Made by a program: the position numbers and the translations under genes. From assembly GCF_009914755.1 (NCBI RefSeq), contig NC_060940.1: a DNA stretch of 64,000 nt. The stretch is one strand, 5' to 3'. The notes below the pieces were generated by a model that was not told the origin of the DNA, did no database searches, and was given only the letters and a program-made list of their open reading frames with translations. Below, in pieces: positions 15,161 to 29,336 of this stretch (its first letter is position 1; each line of letters opens with the position of its first letter). The stretch is from the human T2T-CHM13v2.0 reference genome, Homo sapiens.

Positions 15161-15464
15161 TCATTTATTATTATTTCTTTTCGCGATAGAGTCTCGCTGT
15201 GTCACCCAGGCTGGAGTGCAGTGGCGTGATCTTGGCTCACTGCAACCTCTGCCTCCTGGATTCAAGTGATTCTCCTGCCTCAGCCTCCTGAGTAGCCGGG
15301 ACTACAGGCATGGGCCACCGTGCCTGGCTAATTTTTGTATTTTTAGTAGAGCTAGGGTTTCGCCATGTGGGCCAGGCTGGTCTCAAACTGCTGACCTCAA
15401 GTGATCTGCCTGCCTTAGCCTCCCAAAGTGCTGGGATTACAGGCATGTGCCACCATGCCCAGCC
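15161..15464 (-). mobile_element. AluS
   Basis: full reverse-complement Alu; degenerate TSD tgctttacacatt/tgctttccacatt. Confidence 0.92.
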
Positions 15465-15835
15465 TGCTTTCCACATTTATAACCTGCTTCTTTACCTTTA
15501 CAATGATCCAGCAGGATAGGTAGGAGAGGGATTCTTTGCTCCGATTACCAGATGGGAAAATCAAGGTCCTAAGTGACCGACCACCACATGTGCTGAGGTC
15601 CTTTGGGCAGGGGGGTGCAGGATCCCTGCATCCACTTCTGGTGCTCTTTGTATCATCTTCCCCCATCCCTGTATCTGCAGAGCAGAGGCACATGGCTCAT
15701 TGGTTCTGAGTAGAAATCTTGGAGTCAGGTTTGAACTGAGCCTCAGTTTTACTACTACTAGCTGTATGACTTTCCACATGTTACTTTCTCTTAATGAGCC
15801 TCAGTTTTGCCTCCTGCAAAATGGGCCTAGCAAAA

Positions 15836-15961
15836 GCAGGGTGCCTTTAGTCTCAGCTACTCAGGAGGCTGAGGTGGGTGGATCCCTTGAGCCCCAAGAG
15901 TTTGAGACCAGCCTGGATAATGTAGCAAGAGCTCAAAATTAAAAAAATAAAATAAAATAAA
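15836..15961 (+). mobile_element. Alu monomer (FLAM-like)
   Basis: single arm with A-rich tail. Confidence 0.7.
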
Positions 15962-16234
15962 GATGCAGTACATGTAATCTGCTTAGAATATTGCCTGGTA
16001 TATAAGAGCTCAGAAATCTTAGCTACTAATATTATTTGGCAGATAAGTTTCCCTGTCATAATCTTTTCTTCTCTGTAAGATCCTTTCTCTGTGTCTGGAG
16101 AACCCACGCCACATTTCTCTCCTAGTTTCTGGTGACTCTTTGGTGTTTTTGGCTCATGGCTGCATTCTTCAGTCTCCACATTTGCCTGCACATGGCTTTC
16201 TCCCTTGTGTCTGCATCTGTTTTTAAAGCCATTT

Positions 16235-16534
16235 AGCTGGGTGTGGTGGCTCATTCCTGTAATCCCAGCACTTTGGGAGGCCAAGGTGAGTGGATCGCTT
16301 GAGCTCAGGAGTTCGAGACCAGCCCTGGGCAACATGGCGAAACCCCTCTCTACAAAAAATACAAAAATTAGCCAGGCTTTGTGGTGTGCACCTGTGGTCT
16401 CAGCTACTAGGGAGGCTGAGGTGGGAGGATCGCATGAACTTGGAAGGTGGAGGCTGCAGGGAGCCAAGATCGCACCACTGCACTTCAGCCTGGGTGACAG
16501 AGTGCCACCCTGTCTCAAAAAAAAAAAAAAAAAA
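16235..16534 (+). mobile_element. AluJ, lying between MLT1-like LTR fragments (about 16070-16230 and 16885-17080)
   Basis: full dimer with AluJ diagnostics (ggaggatcgc..tga); TSD aaagccattt. Confidence 0.88.
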
Positions 16535-17267
16535 GCCATTTAAATTATTTATTCTTTATATGTAAAAGATTATATGTAACAACATAGAAAATTATGCACA
16601 ATATGCTAAGTGAAACAGTTCACAAAATTTTATGTATTGTATGTAAACATTTTGTAAAAATGCCAAGTTGCTTAGCTATATTTTAAATATTTTTAAAATG
16701 AACACGTATTGTTTTAGTAATTTGTAAAAAATATTTATGATGAGTGTAAAAAGCATTTTCTAATTGGTCAACCAAAAAGATATTCAGTGTTTCTTTTGAT
16801 CAAGACGAACACATGTCTATAACTAAAGTGGACAAGAGGGTATTTTTTTCAGGTTCTCTCATGCATTTTAATGTTTGTTTTTTTTTCCTGCATCTTAAGT
16901 GTCCCTCTCCTTTCTCTTATAAGGATACTCATACTTGTTGGATGTTGGAATTGCCCTAAATCCAGGATAATCTCATATTGAGATCCTTAACCTAAGTACA
17001 TCTGCAACGACCCTATAAGGTCCCATTCACAGGTACTGGTGACCTGACACATCTTTTCGGAGGACCCTACTGAATCTACTGCATCCCTTGAGTAGTCATC
17101 TGTGATGTGTACTTACCCCGATGGAAAGTAGACGTCCCCATCAGTGCTAACCGTGGTCATAGCAGTGGTGGTTGGTCCATGAGAGAAACAGCTCAGGCAG
17201 GGTGCAGTCTGGTCTTTGTGGCCCTCTAATAGGCTGATTGGGACATTTCTTATTCTCTTACCCCAAG

Positions 17268-17425
17268 TGAAAGCCCCTCAGGGAAAAAACCAGAAGTCCT
17301 TTGTCTTCATCCTGGAGCCCAAGCAGCAGGGCGATCCTCCGGTGGAGTTTGCCACAGACAGGGTGGAGGAGCTCTTTGAGTGGTTTCAGAGCATCCGAGA
17401 GATCACCTGGAAGATTGACACCAAG
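17268..17425 (+). CDS. PLCG2: PLCG2 exon 25 (158 nt), split PH C-half
   Basis: ccccaAG acceptor, AAG|GTAGGC donor; KAPQGKNQKSFVFILEPKQQGDPPVEFATDRVEELFEWFQSIREITWKIDTK. Confidence 0.97.
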
Positions 17426-19957
17426 GTAGGCACCTGCTCACCCGGGTGCAGGTGGGCCTGGCATTCTGAGGGCTTTGGTGCTCAGTTGGGACTGTGGGTG
17501 GGTCCAGGCAGCAGGATGAGCAGGCCCAGGTCCTACTCAGAATTCAGGAAGGAGACCAGGTGGATTCAGACAATTGGAGCACCTCTTGTTAGAGAGAGGC
17601 AGGGATAGTGGAGGTGCCCTGGGAAGGTGGGTCTGGTTGTCTGGTTCGAACCTTCAGAAGGCTGAGTGCCTGCAGCAATGCTCATTGATGATGTCTTTGC
17701 GGCCCTACATATCTTACCAAGGAAGTTACTGCCTTCCTCATTTTGAATATTTTCTTTCTAAGTATCATATAAAGCAGTCTGGATACTCCTGACAGAAAAC
17801 GTTCACTGAGCTCACCTGCCTGGAGCTGGAATGGGCTCTGGGAACATAGCAAATCAGCGAGACCCGGTTCTTTCCGGTGGAGGAACTTCCCCTCTAGATG
17901 GGAGTGACCTTTTCAGGGCTGTCCTACCTGAAGTACTAGTCTCTGGCTGGAAGTGTTTTGGGAAGGTGTGAGCTTCTGGATAAGAATAGGAGGTCTGGAA
18001 TTGGGCAGACTGGAGTTTGCATCCTGGCAGGGGCTGGACCCTGGGCAAGTAACCACACTTCTCTGGGCCTCAGTTTCCTTGTCTGCAAAATGAGGAGCCA
18101 AATTCCTAACTCACAAGTACTTAATCACTGCCTTATCATTATATCAGAGCGACATGGGAAAGTGCCACCCTGTCTTCGATGATGGAGTAAGGGCTGTCTG
18201 TTCTTGTGGCTGCAGAACTGGAAAGAAATTGTAGGGTTTCCCATGCACCCATTTGTTTCTAAGGTAGAACTTGACCCAAAGGGCTGATTAAAGCCTTCCT
18301 GGGGCCTCTTGTGCCCTCTGACTTCTGGCTAGAGTCAGTGAGTCTCTCCTCCAAGATAGTCGCCCACCAGTGGCCAGGTCATTTTTTTCCCCTTGGGAGG
18401 GCCTCACATCTTGGCCAGTCCCTGGTCACGAGAGGATCCTTGACTCACTCAACTCTTCTGCAGGGAAGTGTCCTCTTTAGGAGACTTTGCAGAGGGGACT
18501 GGTCCATGGGTGCCCTCGCTGGTGGGGCATCGTCTTTCTCTGACCCAGGAACTCCTGGGGGCCTTCCCTAGGGCTCCTAATTCTTCCCATGGCTTTTCAC
18601 ACCACCAGCCATGGGGGAGGAACCATGAGCTTGTAGCCAGCTGCGCTGTCCTTCTGGCTTTCCCAGTGAAACCATCTCTTCTGCCCTCCAGTGTCTCTGA
18701 TGCCACAGTACAGCTCTGAGGCACAGGGGGGTGCCACGACCCTGAGGTTTATTTAAAAAATCTCCAAATAGTGCACTCCAGCTCTCTCTACTTTGCTTAA
18801 TGTGGAAAAGTGTTATTTCCCTAGAAGGCTCTGTCTCTCCCCTGCCTCACACCTCCTCTCCTGCCGCGTGAAGGTTCCTGAAATGAAGCTGAGCTGTTCA
18901 AGGTTGCTGTTGGCGGCCTTTGGTCTGCATTCCTCTCTAACTGGTTTTTATATTTACTGAGATTTCATGAGAATGATTTTTAAAGTCCTGTTATTACATC
19001 TGAGGGGTAAAAAAACTGGGACAGTAGAGTTGACGGAGTTCCCACACTGGGCACAGCTACCCCTTTTGCGGAGCTGGTGTTGGGGAGCAAAGGAAGAAGG
19101 CCCCATCCCACTCTTGGGAAACCAGCGGCGGATAAACTCTTTGTCACTGCCAGGACCTCTGCCTGTCCCTAAGTGCCCGCATTGTTACACGGTCTGTAGC
19201 CACCTCATTGATGGCAGAGGGCAGTCACAAAATCCTTCTAGTTAGTGGGTTTCCAGAGCCTCACCAACTGTATTGTGACTTCCCATTCTGAGATGGCTTG
19301 AGGGGTGACAGCTGCAGGCCTGGAGAGTAATTGTCATGCTGTTTTTTGTTTTTTTTTTTTGAGACAGAGTCTCACTCTGTTGCCCAGGCTACTCAACTTC
19401 TTTGTTAAATGGAGATAATTCTCCCTGTCAGGGTGTGGATTGACTTAGGTAATATCCCTCAAGTGCTTAGCCTGTGACGGCTAGAGCTAAGCACCCCCCA
19501 AACAGTGACCATTATTATCTAAATATTCTCTCAAGGTCCCCCCTTGGCCAATAAAAGTCTGATAGAATTTGGGGAGGCCCAACAGGGTTGCCTGCTTTGG
19601 GGTGAAGTGAGAAGCTCATCCTTACATGCAAGGAGTTAGATTTGATGGTGGGTCTTCTGAAGGGAGGTACCTCCTGAGTCCATGGCACATGGCCTGGGCA
19701 CTGGGTAGTGGTCCCCTTGGACAGAGCCCTGATGGGCAGTCAGAGCTGGGGAGCAGGTGTGCAGGTTTTGAGGGTGCAGGGGATAGAGAGTTATGACGAG
19801 GATGCTGGGGTCCACAGAGCCCCCGAGGATTTGAAGAACTAGAATTTGAGACACTCTAACAGTGTGGCTTTAGGGGAGGGGACAGGAGGCAGAGTTAAAG
19901 ACAGAGGGGTGGTGACAGAGAAGAGCCCCCTTCCATCCTGACCTCACCTATATTTGA

Positions 19958-20365
<408 letters not shown>

Positions 20366-20481
20366 TGATATTTTCAGAGGGGGCAGAGAGTGCATTCTCT
20401 CATTCTTAACTACTCCCAGTAGATGGCCCCACCTTGGGTTTGTCCTCCGAGTGAGGGAGCTGGTGGCAGAAGCTTTTTTGG

Positions 20482-20811
20482 TGTATTAGTCCATTTTCAT
20501 GCTGCTGATAAAGACATACCCAAGACTGAGTAATTTATAAGGAAAAAGAGGTTTAATGGACTCACAGTTCCACGTGGAGGAGGCCTCACAATTATGGCAG
20601 CAGAGGAGAGAGAATGAGAAGCAAGTGAAAGGGGAAACCCTTATAAAACCATCAGATCTCGCGAGACTTATTCAGTACCACAACAACGGTACAGGGGAAA
20701 CCACCCCCATGATTCAATTATCTCCTATCGGGTCCCTCCCATAACACGTGGGAATTATGGGAGCTACAATTCAAGGTGAGATTTGGGTGGGGACACAGCC
20801 AAACCATATCA
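20482..20811 (-). mobile_element. THE1 solo LTR (ERVL-MaLR)
   Basis: tgtattagtccattttcatgctgctgataaagacatacc...cagccaaaccatatca. Confidence 0.9.
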
Positions 20812-20829
20812 CCCACTTAGTGGGTGGAT

Positions 20830-21222
20830 TTAGTTCTTACTGCCATTACCACAAACTTGGTGGCTGAAAACAACATTTATTCTTGCACAGTCCTGGAGGC
20901 CAGAGTCTGAAATCAGTATCATGAGGTCAACATCAGGGTGCCAGCAGGGCTGTGCTCCCTCCGGAGGGGAAAGCCATTCCCTTCTTCCAGTTTCTGGGGG
21001 CTGCTGGCATTCCTCGGCCTTCTCCTCTTCTGCTTCCCTATTATAAGGACCCTTGTGATGCATTAGGTCCACCTGGATATTCCAGAATAAGCCTCCCATT
21101 TCAAGCTCCTTAATCACACCTGCAAAGTCTGTTCTGCCATATAAAGTGACATGCACAGGCTCCAGATATTAGGGCCTGGACATCTTTGGGGGCCATTTAA
21201 AAAAAAAAAGACCTTCTACCAC
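20830..21222 (-). mobile_element. MLT1 solo LTR
   Basis: ttaccacaaacttggtggctgaaaacaac...ttataaggacccttgtgatgcattagg... Confidence 0.75.
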
Positions 21223-21921
21223 ATTCTCCAGGTAGCAAGCTTTTTGATGATGCTGTACGTATTTTTTTCTTTGGGTGTTTTGAGCTGCTTCCATATCTTT
21301 CATCTTAGAACAGAAGACCAGCCAGACAATACTAGACCCCTCAGTTAACTTACCGGGAGGCCAGTCCCTAGGAACTTCTACCTTCAGGGACTCAGCAGGC
21401 TCAGCATGTTGACTGCCGGGCTATCCCACCACAGCTGGATGGGAGAGAAGATGAGGCCTGTCCCCTTCCCTCTCCTCCTGTTCTCCCTTCCCTGCACAGG
21501 CACCCACATTGCAACCCTACCTGTGGGCTTTGGCAGGTGATTCTCAGTTTGTTCATCTTGTGTCTGTGGTCTCTCTGGATCTTCCCCTCCCAAGATCTTC
21601 TCCTACCCAAAACCATTCCCATTCTCCCTCTTCTATAACTGTACCACTTTTGTGTTTTCTTGTTCAAGGATGGTGATAGTTTAAAAAAAAAAGTAAATTA
21701 CAGTAATTCTAGCCTAAAAGGTGGTGGGAAAACTAGGCCCCTTTTTAATACTTGGAACCCCCAGAGGGCAAGAGTCCACAGTGATACCAATTGGGACAAT
21801 ATCATCAGAACCCCTTGAATGTCAAAGAGGGAGATTCCTGGTTTCCTTTTATAATCTGAGCATCCAGCCATTGCAGCAAACATTAAGAAAATGCACAGAT
21901 GAGACACAGAAGTACTGATGA

Positions 21922-22251
<330 letters not shown>

Positions 22252-23529
22252 TGAGTGATTTGTCCGAGGGACTGCACGGTTCAGCAGAGTAATGGTTAGT
22301 ATGAGGTCCAGCAGCTGAATGGAGGGATGAGAGGACCGAAGGCTGCTTGGCTTAGGCAGGCTTCGTGATTGTAAGTAAGTGACAGAGGCTGAGTTAGTCT
22401 GGCTTAGAAAAAGAAAATGCATTAGTTCATGTAATTAAAGCATCTTTGGAGTTCTCTTCTCCAGGCCTGTTGCTGTGTGAGGGCTTTCTGCTCAGACTTT
22501 CTTCCAGAGACATTTACATACTGGCATAACTACCATACACAAACTTCTGGACACAAAGTGATCGCATAAATCACGGGGCTTTGTGCTTTTGTTGTTGTTA
22601 TTTAAGACCTCTTTTGAGGGATCTATTCATCAGTAGCCTCCTTTACATTCTTTTTATAGCCGCATCGGATTCCACAGAATGGAACAATCATTTATTTAAT
22701 AAGTCCCCGTGGAGGCACATGTAGGTATTCCCCATTATTTGCTGTCATAGACAGCACTGCCTTCTGTACCCTGACGTGAGCGCCATTCCACAGATGTAGG
22801 AATATGTCTATGGGACAGAATTCTCAGAAAGGCAGGGTGGGTCAAACAGCGCTTGCATTTTGATCAACTTTGCCCTGAGGAAAACCACTGAAGACGTGCC
22901 TGAGCTAAGCCACACTGCCAAACTGCCCTCCACAGAGATCGTGGGCGGGGATGCAAATAGGTGGAGGTTGGAGTACGCTCTTTTGGTATGACTTCGCTGA
23001 GTTTTGTTGAACTTTTTGCCGTTTGCACAACTGAGAGGTGAAAACTGATACATCGTCGTCCATTAGAGCTTCTTCTTGTAAGGGACATTAACCAGTTTTT
23101 CCCTCATTTAGGGAGCAGTGGCATTTTCTTTTCTGGGAACTATTTGTGCTTCTTACCTGATGTATCTACTGCAGTAGGTATTTATAGCATAGATGTATCA
23201 GAACTAAGAGGTTAAAAATTTATATTCACATATTTGTCATTTGAATTAAAATTGCCTATGCAATTTATTGCTACATAGACACTTTTAGCAAGTTTGAATC
23301 TTTTCTTTTATGATTCGGGATTTGGTGACATACTTGGAAAGGTGTTCCCCAGTCTGGGAGTTTGCTGTCTAGAAACCCTATATTTTCTTTGAGTGAGATA
23401 CCTATTTGAACAGCTGCCTCACATTAATTTGGGGAAAAGGTGAAATTCATTCCCCACCTAGAAACTCCTGGCCTAGGGGGCCAGCGTGCTCATGCCTGAC
23501 TTACAGCAGGCGTTCACTTTCCTTCCCAG

Positions 23530-23675
23530 ATAAGTACATGCAGATGAATCACGCATTGTTTTCTCTCAACGGGCGCACGGGCTACGTTCTGCAGCCTGAG
23601 AGCATGAGGACAGAGAAATATGACCCGATGCCACCCGAGTCCCAGAGGAAGATCCTGATGACGCTGACAGTCAAG
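23530..23675 (+). CDS. PLCG2: PLCG2 exon 28 (146 nt), end of Y box / start of C2
   Basis: ccttcccAG acceptor, AAG|GTAAAG donor; [48 protein letters not shown]. Confidence 0.98.
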
Positions 23676-24572
23676 GTAAAGCCAGCCCTCCCTTCCTGCC
23701 AGGGGAGCCAGCCGCCCTCCCTGGGGGCTGGGCCGATGCTGTCTTGAGAGCAGGGAACCCATGTCTAGGGAGGCTGGTTGTCTTGTTTAAACGATCCCCA
23801 TTCAGGCAGTGTTTGAGGATCTTTCTTTCTTACAGTACACTCCGGGGTCGTTCTGGGAGAAGAGGGAAGAGAGGGGAAACCTCCTCAAACCCACTTCCCC
23901 TTGTCCTCTGTGGGGGTGAGGTATGACCCTATCTTTCTGGGGTCCTGGTGAGGTCAGCCTCTGGCCGGAAAGAGAAAGAAAACATGGGAAACAGCCATTT
24001 GGTCTTAATGGAGAAGTTTTTTCCCTTACTTTGTCCAATTCCAGGGCTTTTTAAAATTCATCTGACTTTCAGAGAAAGTGTTGTTGCTTTGTAAGAATTT
24101 TTGAAAAGTAGAGAAATGAATTGCATTTCTCCTAAGGTTAAGGGCGGGCGGGTGGTAGGGGGAAGAAGCATACGTAAACACAGGCCTTTAAATAAACAGC
24201 AGTTATAAAAAGAATGCCACACTGTTCCTCAGCCTTTCCTAGGGGTGTGGAAATCCAGTGATTAAGCTCTGCCTTGATCAGAGGCACCTGCTTGGGCATG
24301 GATGTGTGCATTCATGAGCTCAGGTGAGTTTTACCTGTTGAGTCAGGTGGCATATGGGGCCGAGACCCAGGCTGATGCTGAGGAACTGTGGGATCTACCA
24401 CAGTCCACCTTCATCCACTGCAGAAGGTTGCTCCGGCTTTTCCAGTGAAGCTAGGAAAATTAGGGCTGGCATTGAACTCATCCAGTGTCACTCTAGAACC
24501 CAGCTGCAATCCACGCTAGGCTGCCTGTTCAGGACCCCAGGGGGGTTCCAATGCTTCCCTTTGGTGTCCCAG

Positions 24573-24687
24573 GTTCTCGGTGCTCGCCATCTCCCCAAAC
24601 TTGGACGAAGTATTGCCTGTCCCTTTGTAGAAGTGGAGATCTGTGGAGCCGAGTATGACAACAACAAGTTCAAGACGACGGTTGTGA
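24573..24687 (+). CDS. PLCG2: PLCG2 exon 29 (115 nt), C2 domain
   Basis: gtcccAG acceptor, GA|GTAAGT donor; VLGARHLPKLGRSIACPFVEVEICGAEYDNNKFKTTVV. Confidence 0.98.
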
Positions 24688-25590
24688 GTAAGTCAGTCAC
24701 CTTGGCCCCTCTGCTTTTAAACGTCCGGCCAGTGAATCCTTTGTGGGAGTGCTCTTCGTGGGGGATTTTGCAATGCTCTTTAGTTGTCCCAGGGTTTTCT
24801 TTCCTCCCTCTTGCCCACATGGTTCAGCTTGAGGAGGGGATACATACAAAGGGCCACTTTCTGAAATCCTTAGACTTTCCCCAGTGCTGTTTGCCTGCCT
24901 GTAACTCAAGTCCGGAATCGTAGGTGAGGCCCTGACACTAGGTTGGTCCTCTCTGTGCAACAGCCCAATCTGATTAATCTCCTGAGTCAAAGGCCAAGAG
25001 GCAGAGACACAGAGAGAGGGGGTGAACCTACGTGGCTGACCTGACCCAGAGGATCAGCCTAACCTGGGGGATCTTAGCCCCTAGAGGGCAGGAGGGACAA
25101 GAGGAATGCTTGCTCTTCCAGGAAAAGCCAGGAGGGAACCGTGATTGGTGGGCCTTCTAAAGCACAGGATCCTTGCCCCTGGTAAAAAGTAGCCCAATGA
25201 ACAACTCAGATGCTGACCAAATAAACTGGCATTTATGGAGAGTGGCAGGATTGCTGCTTGCCTGCTCTGTGAGGCTGGGCTCTCCCCTGCCAGCTGTAGA
25301 ACCCCCTGCTGGTGGATGTGGCTCCCAGGCTCTCCTCCCCTTTTGTCTTTTCCAAAATCCACCTTCCTGCTCTGCAAACAAACACCTCCCCCGTTCCCTT
25401 GTCCCTGATCCTGGGGCGGGGAGATGGGAGGTGGTCTCCTTCCTCTGCTCACCAAGGGACCAGCCTGCAACAGCAGCTTCCAGGATTGCTCAAGGTGGGG
25501 TGGGGGAGTGAAGATAATTATTCAGATTTTCTTAGATCTTGGCATAGATGCATATTTATTTACATGGTTGCTAAGGGGATTCACAGCTGA

Positions 25591-25848
<258 letters not shown>

Positions 25849-27016
25849 TAAGATGTTCGATTTGGGCTGGCGTTGTACTTTGGTTTGGCTGCTGGCTTCA
25901 AAAAGAATGAAAAATGATTTTTCCTGGTTTGGATGGAATCACTGTAAAACCGATTGGGTGGCTTGGAGAGCAGGTGTACAGCCTGTCGTGTAGCACACAG
26001 GTGGGAGGAAGTGGGTGACAGGGGAGGCTATGCCCCTCAAAGTGGGATGTTTACAAGCAAAACTGGATTGTTAGTGGATCCTCAACCTGGCACTGCAGTT
26101 TGATTTCATTTTGAAATATTACATGCGGTTTGCTTCTCCCTAGCTAGGGCTAAGTCTGGTTTGATCTCCCCCTCCTGCTCTCTGGCTGGCAGTGTGAGAG
26201 GGTGGCAAGGGAGAGACCTTTGGCATCTTGGGGGGGGAGTAACAATCTCGAGGGTCCAACTCCCCAAACCCTTCAGAATTCACCTTCTTCTTCTATAAAA
26301 TTGGGTGGGTTAATTTACTTCTTTGAGTTGTTACAGTTTTCTTCCCTGCTGAAGAAAACACAAGATCCCTTCATGGTATAAGAAGGGTCATTTTGTATTT
26401 TTCTGCAACCAAGCCAAGCTGGGTCATAAGACCAGCTCTTAAGAACCCTGCTGAATCCCAGATGACTGAGCCCTTCCTACACAGCTGAGATAGACACTTC
26501 CAGGTGAGGGGATTTGGGACCCTGCTGCTTCTAGAGCCAGTCATTTACAAAAACAAAAAAAACTGGCTCTCCTTAGCTTCTATATAGTTTCTCTAGTTTA
26601 CTTTCCCACTGGATCTTTCCCACTGGATTTTAGGTATAATATTTGACAAATAGGCCCTTGCTGGATGTTGAATTTTCCTTCTTCCTCTTCCTTTAGTATT
26701 TCTGATGCATGGTGCATGAGATATGAGATCATAGATTCTTCTGGATTCCTCAAGAGGTCACTGTTCCCTTGTTTTCTGAGGATCATTTTTCAAGAGAAAG
26801 ATGACTGTCATTTTAGTTACTTACATAAAAAAATACAGTCTTTTGATATTGTTTGGAAACGTGGGGCTCAATGAAGAGCTGAATTGGATCTTTTTTGTTT
26901 TCAGACATTCCCTCAACTTCCACCTTTTTTTGTATAATATCATAAACCTGACCATTTCTGCTACTGGGCAGGAGCCCAGTTTCTGAGCAGCAGGCATGCT
27001 AGAAAATCCAGGTGCT

Positions 27017-27122
27017 GGCCGGGCACGGTGGCTCACTCCTGTAATCATAATCCCAGCTACTTGGAAGGCTGAGGTTGCACCACTGCACTCCAGCCTGGGT
27101 GACAGAGCAAGACTCAGAAGAA
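27017..27122 (+). mobile_element. internally deleted Alu inside a MER5-like remnant
   Basis: Alu 5' end fused to right-arm pieces in about 105 nt. Confidence 0.75.
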
Positions 27123-27475
27123 AGTGCAGGTTCCTGGACCCACCACAGGGTGATGAGTCAGCCCAGGGTGGGGCCAAGGAATCTGCATCTTTAGGCAGCT
27201 CCCCAGATGGTGCTTGGATGGCACTTTGACAGAACCAAACTATGTCAAGGCTGCCTATCTTACCATTGAGGAAATGAATTCCTTAGCAAGTTACTAGATG
27301 AAACAAGACTTTGGGAAAATGTTTAAAGTTTCTGATTTTTTTTTTTTTTTGTACTCTAGAAATGTTCATTTTCATGAACATTGCTACTCTAGCAATAATA
27401 ATGAGTATTCATTTGTAAGAGGCCTGATATTTGGCAACCCTTCTGGGTTAACTCACCCACACTGTAAACTCCCCC

Positions 27476-27697
27476 TTTTTTTTTTTTGAGATGGAGTCTT
27501 GCTCTGTCGCTCAGGCTGGAGTGCAGTGGGTGATCTCGGCTCACTGTAACCTCTGCCTCAGCCTCCTCAGTAGCTGGGACTACAGGTGTACACTACCACA
27601 TCTGGCTAATTTTTGTATTTTTAGTAGAGACGGGGTTTTGCCATGTTGGTCTGAAAAAAAGTGATGGGATTAAAGGAGTGAACCACTGTGCCTGGCC
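27476..27697 (-). mobile_element. AluS with internal deletions
   Basis: poly-T + Alu reverse complement, about 220 nt. Confidence 0.82.
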
Positions 27698-28954
27698 TAT
27701 AAACTACTTTAAACCCGGCACTGATCAGGGCTGTGATTCCTTAATTTGCTTCTTTTAGATTAGTCTAATAAGGCTTAGGAATGACACCAATTCTTCTGGT
27801 GCAGGAAGTGTAGCTTTTGGTACACCTTTACGTTCCTAGCCTTGACGCTGTAACAGATTTCTTTTTATGGTAACTGCCTGCCAGTTCCTCTACTGAACTC
27901 ATCCAGCAGAGAGGGGCAGCTGTGCTGAAACCCCTTGGTTACCCCGACGTCCTCTTGAAGGATGAGGGCCTTGAGCCTCATAACCCCTCCCAGTGCCGTG
28001 CAGAGATGTCAGAGTTGATGATAAAACCTCGTTACCTTAATGGGCATCAAAGTGTGTCAATTCATCTGCAGAATGCAATGACTTAGCTTGGAGATTTAGA
28101 AAAAACAAAGGTCAAAACCTCAAGGGAGATGAAAAATGTGACCTTGTCCTCCCCCGACTGTGAGATACTCTCAGCAGGGACCTTTCCTCACTTCTTTCTA
28201 GCTCCTAGCAGTGCCTGGCACATCCATATTCATGGGAGGAATGAAATAGAATGAACAGGAGGCATTGAGGGTCTTCCATACTGAAAAAATAAACTTCACC
28301 CATTGTCATTAGAGATGCACTGAAGCTTTTAAACCAGTTGGAGCGCAGGAAGGAAAGCAGCAGCCTTTATTGTGTTAGGTACCTTAAACTCTTTCTCTTT
28401 TAATCCTCACAGTAATCCTGTGAAAGGGGTTTTATCTTTGGTTTTAAAATTCTGAGCACTTTGAGGCCGAGAGACTATGACTTAACTTGCTCAAGGTCAC
28501 ACACCTGTAGGACCAGAGCTGAGATTCAAACCCAGGAATGTCTAATTAATTTCGAACCCCGTGTTCCTCCTCTGCAGGCTGCCCTCTCACTGGGTGCTCA
28601 AAGCCAGATGCATTGATCTTACTTTAAAAGGTGTCTGTATTTCCCTTTCCCCAGTGAAATGACTAGAAACAAGAAGAAGAAAAACAATTATTTTTTTTTT
28701 TTTTATACAAGGAGGGCTGCCCAGTGCATAAAAATGGGACTTGGGCAGCGAGAGAAGGTACATAGAGCTGGAGACAGCTGGTCATGAGGGCAGAGCTCAT
28801 GTCTCCGATTTAAGAGGCACACGCCTAGTGTCAGATAGTACTGTCCAGCCTGGAACCATGCTATTGGAGTGTAGGGGCTACCTGATAGCCTCCCGGAACG
28901 CCATGGAGCAAACAGTCATTCCAGTTCATTCTAACAGTCAATCAGCAGCTAGAC

Positions 28955-29336
28955 TGTATTAGTCCGTTCTCACACTGCTATAAAGACATACCTGAGACTG
29001 GGTAATTTATAAAGAAAAGAGGTTTGATTGGCTCACAGTTCTGCAGGCTGTACAGGCTTTTGTTTCTGGGGAGGCCTCAGGAAATTTACAATCCTGGTAG
29101 AAGGGGAACAAGCACATATTTACATGGCCAGCAGGAGGAAAAGAGAGCTAGTGAAGGGGGAGGTACTACACACTTTTATTAAACAACCCCATCTCGTGAG
29201 AACTCACTATCATGAGAACAGCAAGTGGGAAGTCCACCCCCATTATCCAGTCACCTCCCACCCGGCCCCAGCTCCAACAGTGGAGATCACAATTCAACAT
29301 GAGATTTGGGTGGGGACACAGAGCCAAACCATAACA
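28955..29336 (-). mobile_element. MSTA/THE1D-type solo LTR (MaLR)
   Basis: TG...CA ends, 5-bp TSD tagac/tagat. Confidence 0.88.

Noticed and set aside
15853-16539. 228-aa minus-strand ORF, the longest in the track
   Set aside because: It is antisense Alu plus MLT sequence giving the typical Alu-derived peptide; the same applies to ORFs at 2432, 3464, 11306, 15237, 15310, 30298, 49516, 50759, 53307, 53666 and 60302.
20560-20592. PRDM9 hotspot 13-mer in the THE1 LTR
   Set aside because: The position that carries CCTCCCTNNCCAC in hot THE1 copies is partly deleted here (minus strand reads gcctcctccacg).
24354-24923. 189-aa ORF (also 17216-17608, 23406-23747 and 5202-5480)
   Set aside because: These are PLCG2 exons with open intronic flanks, not separate genes.
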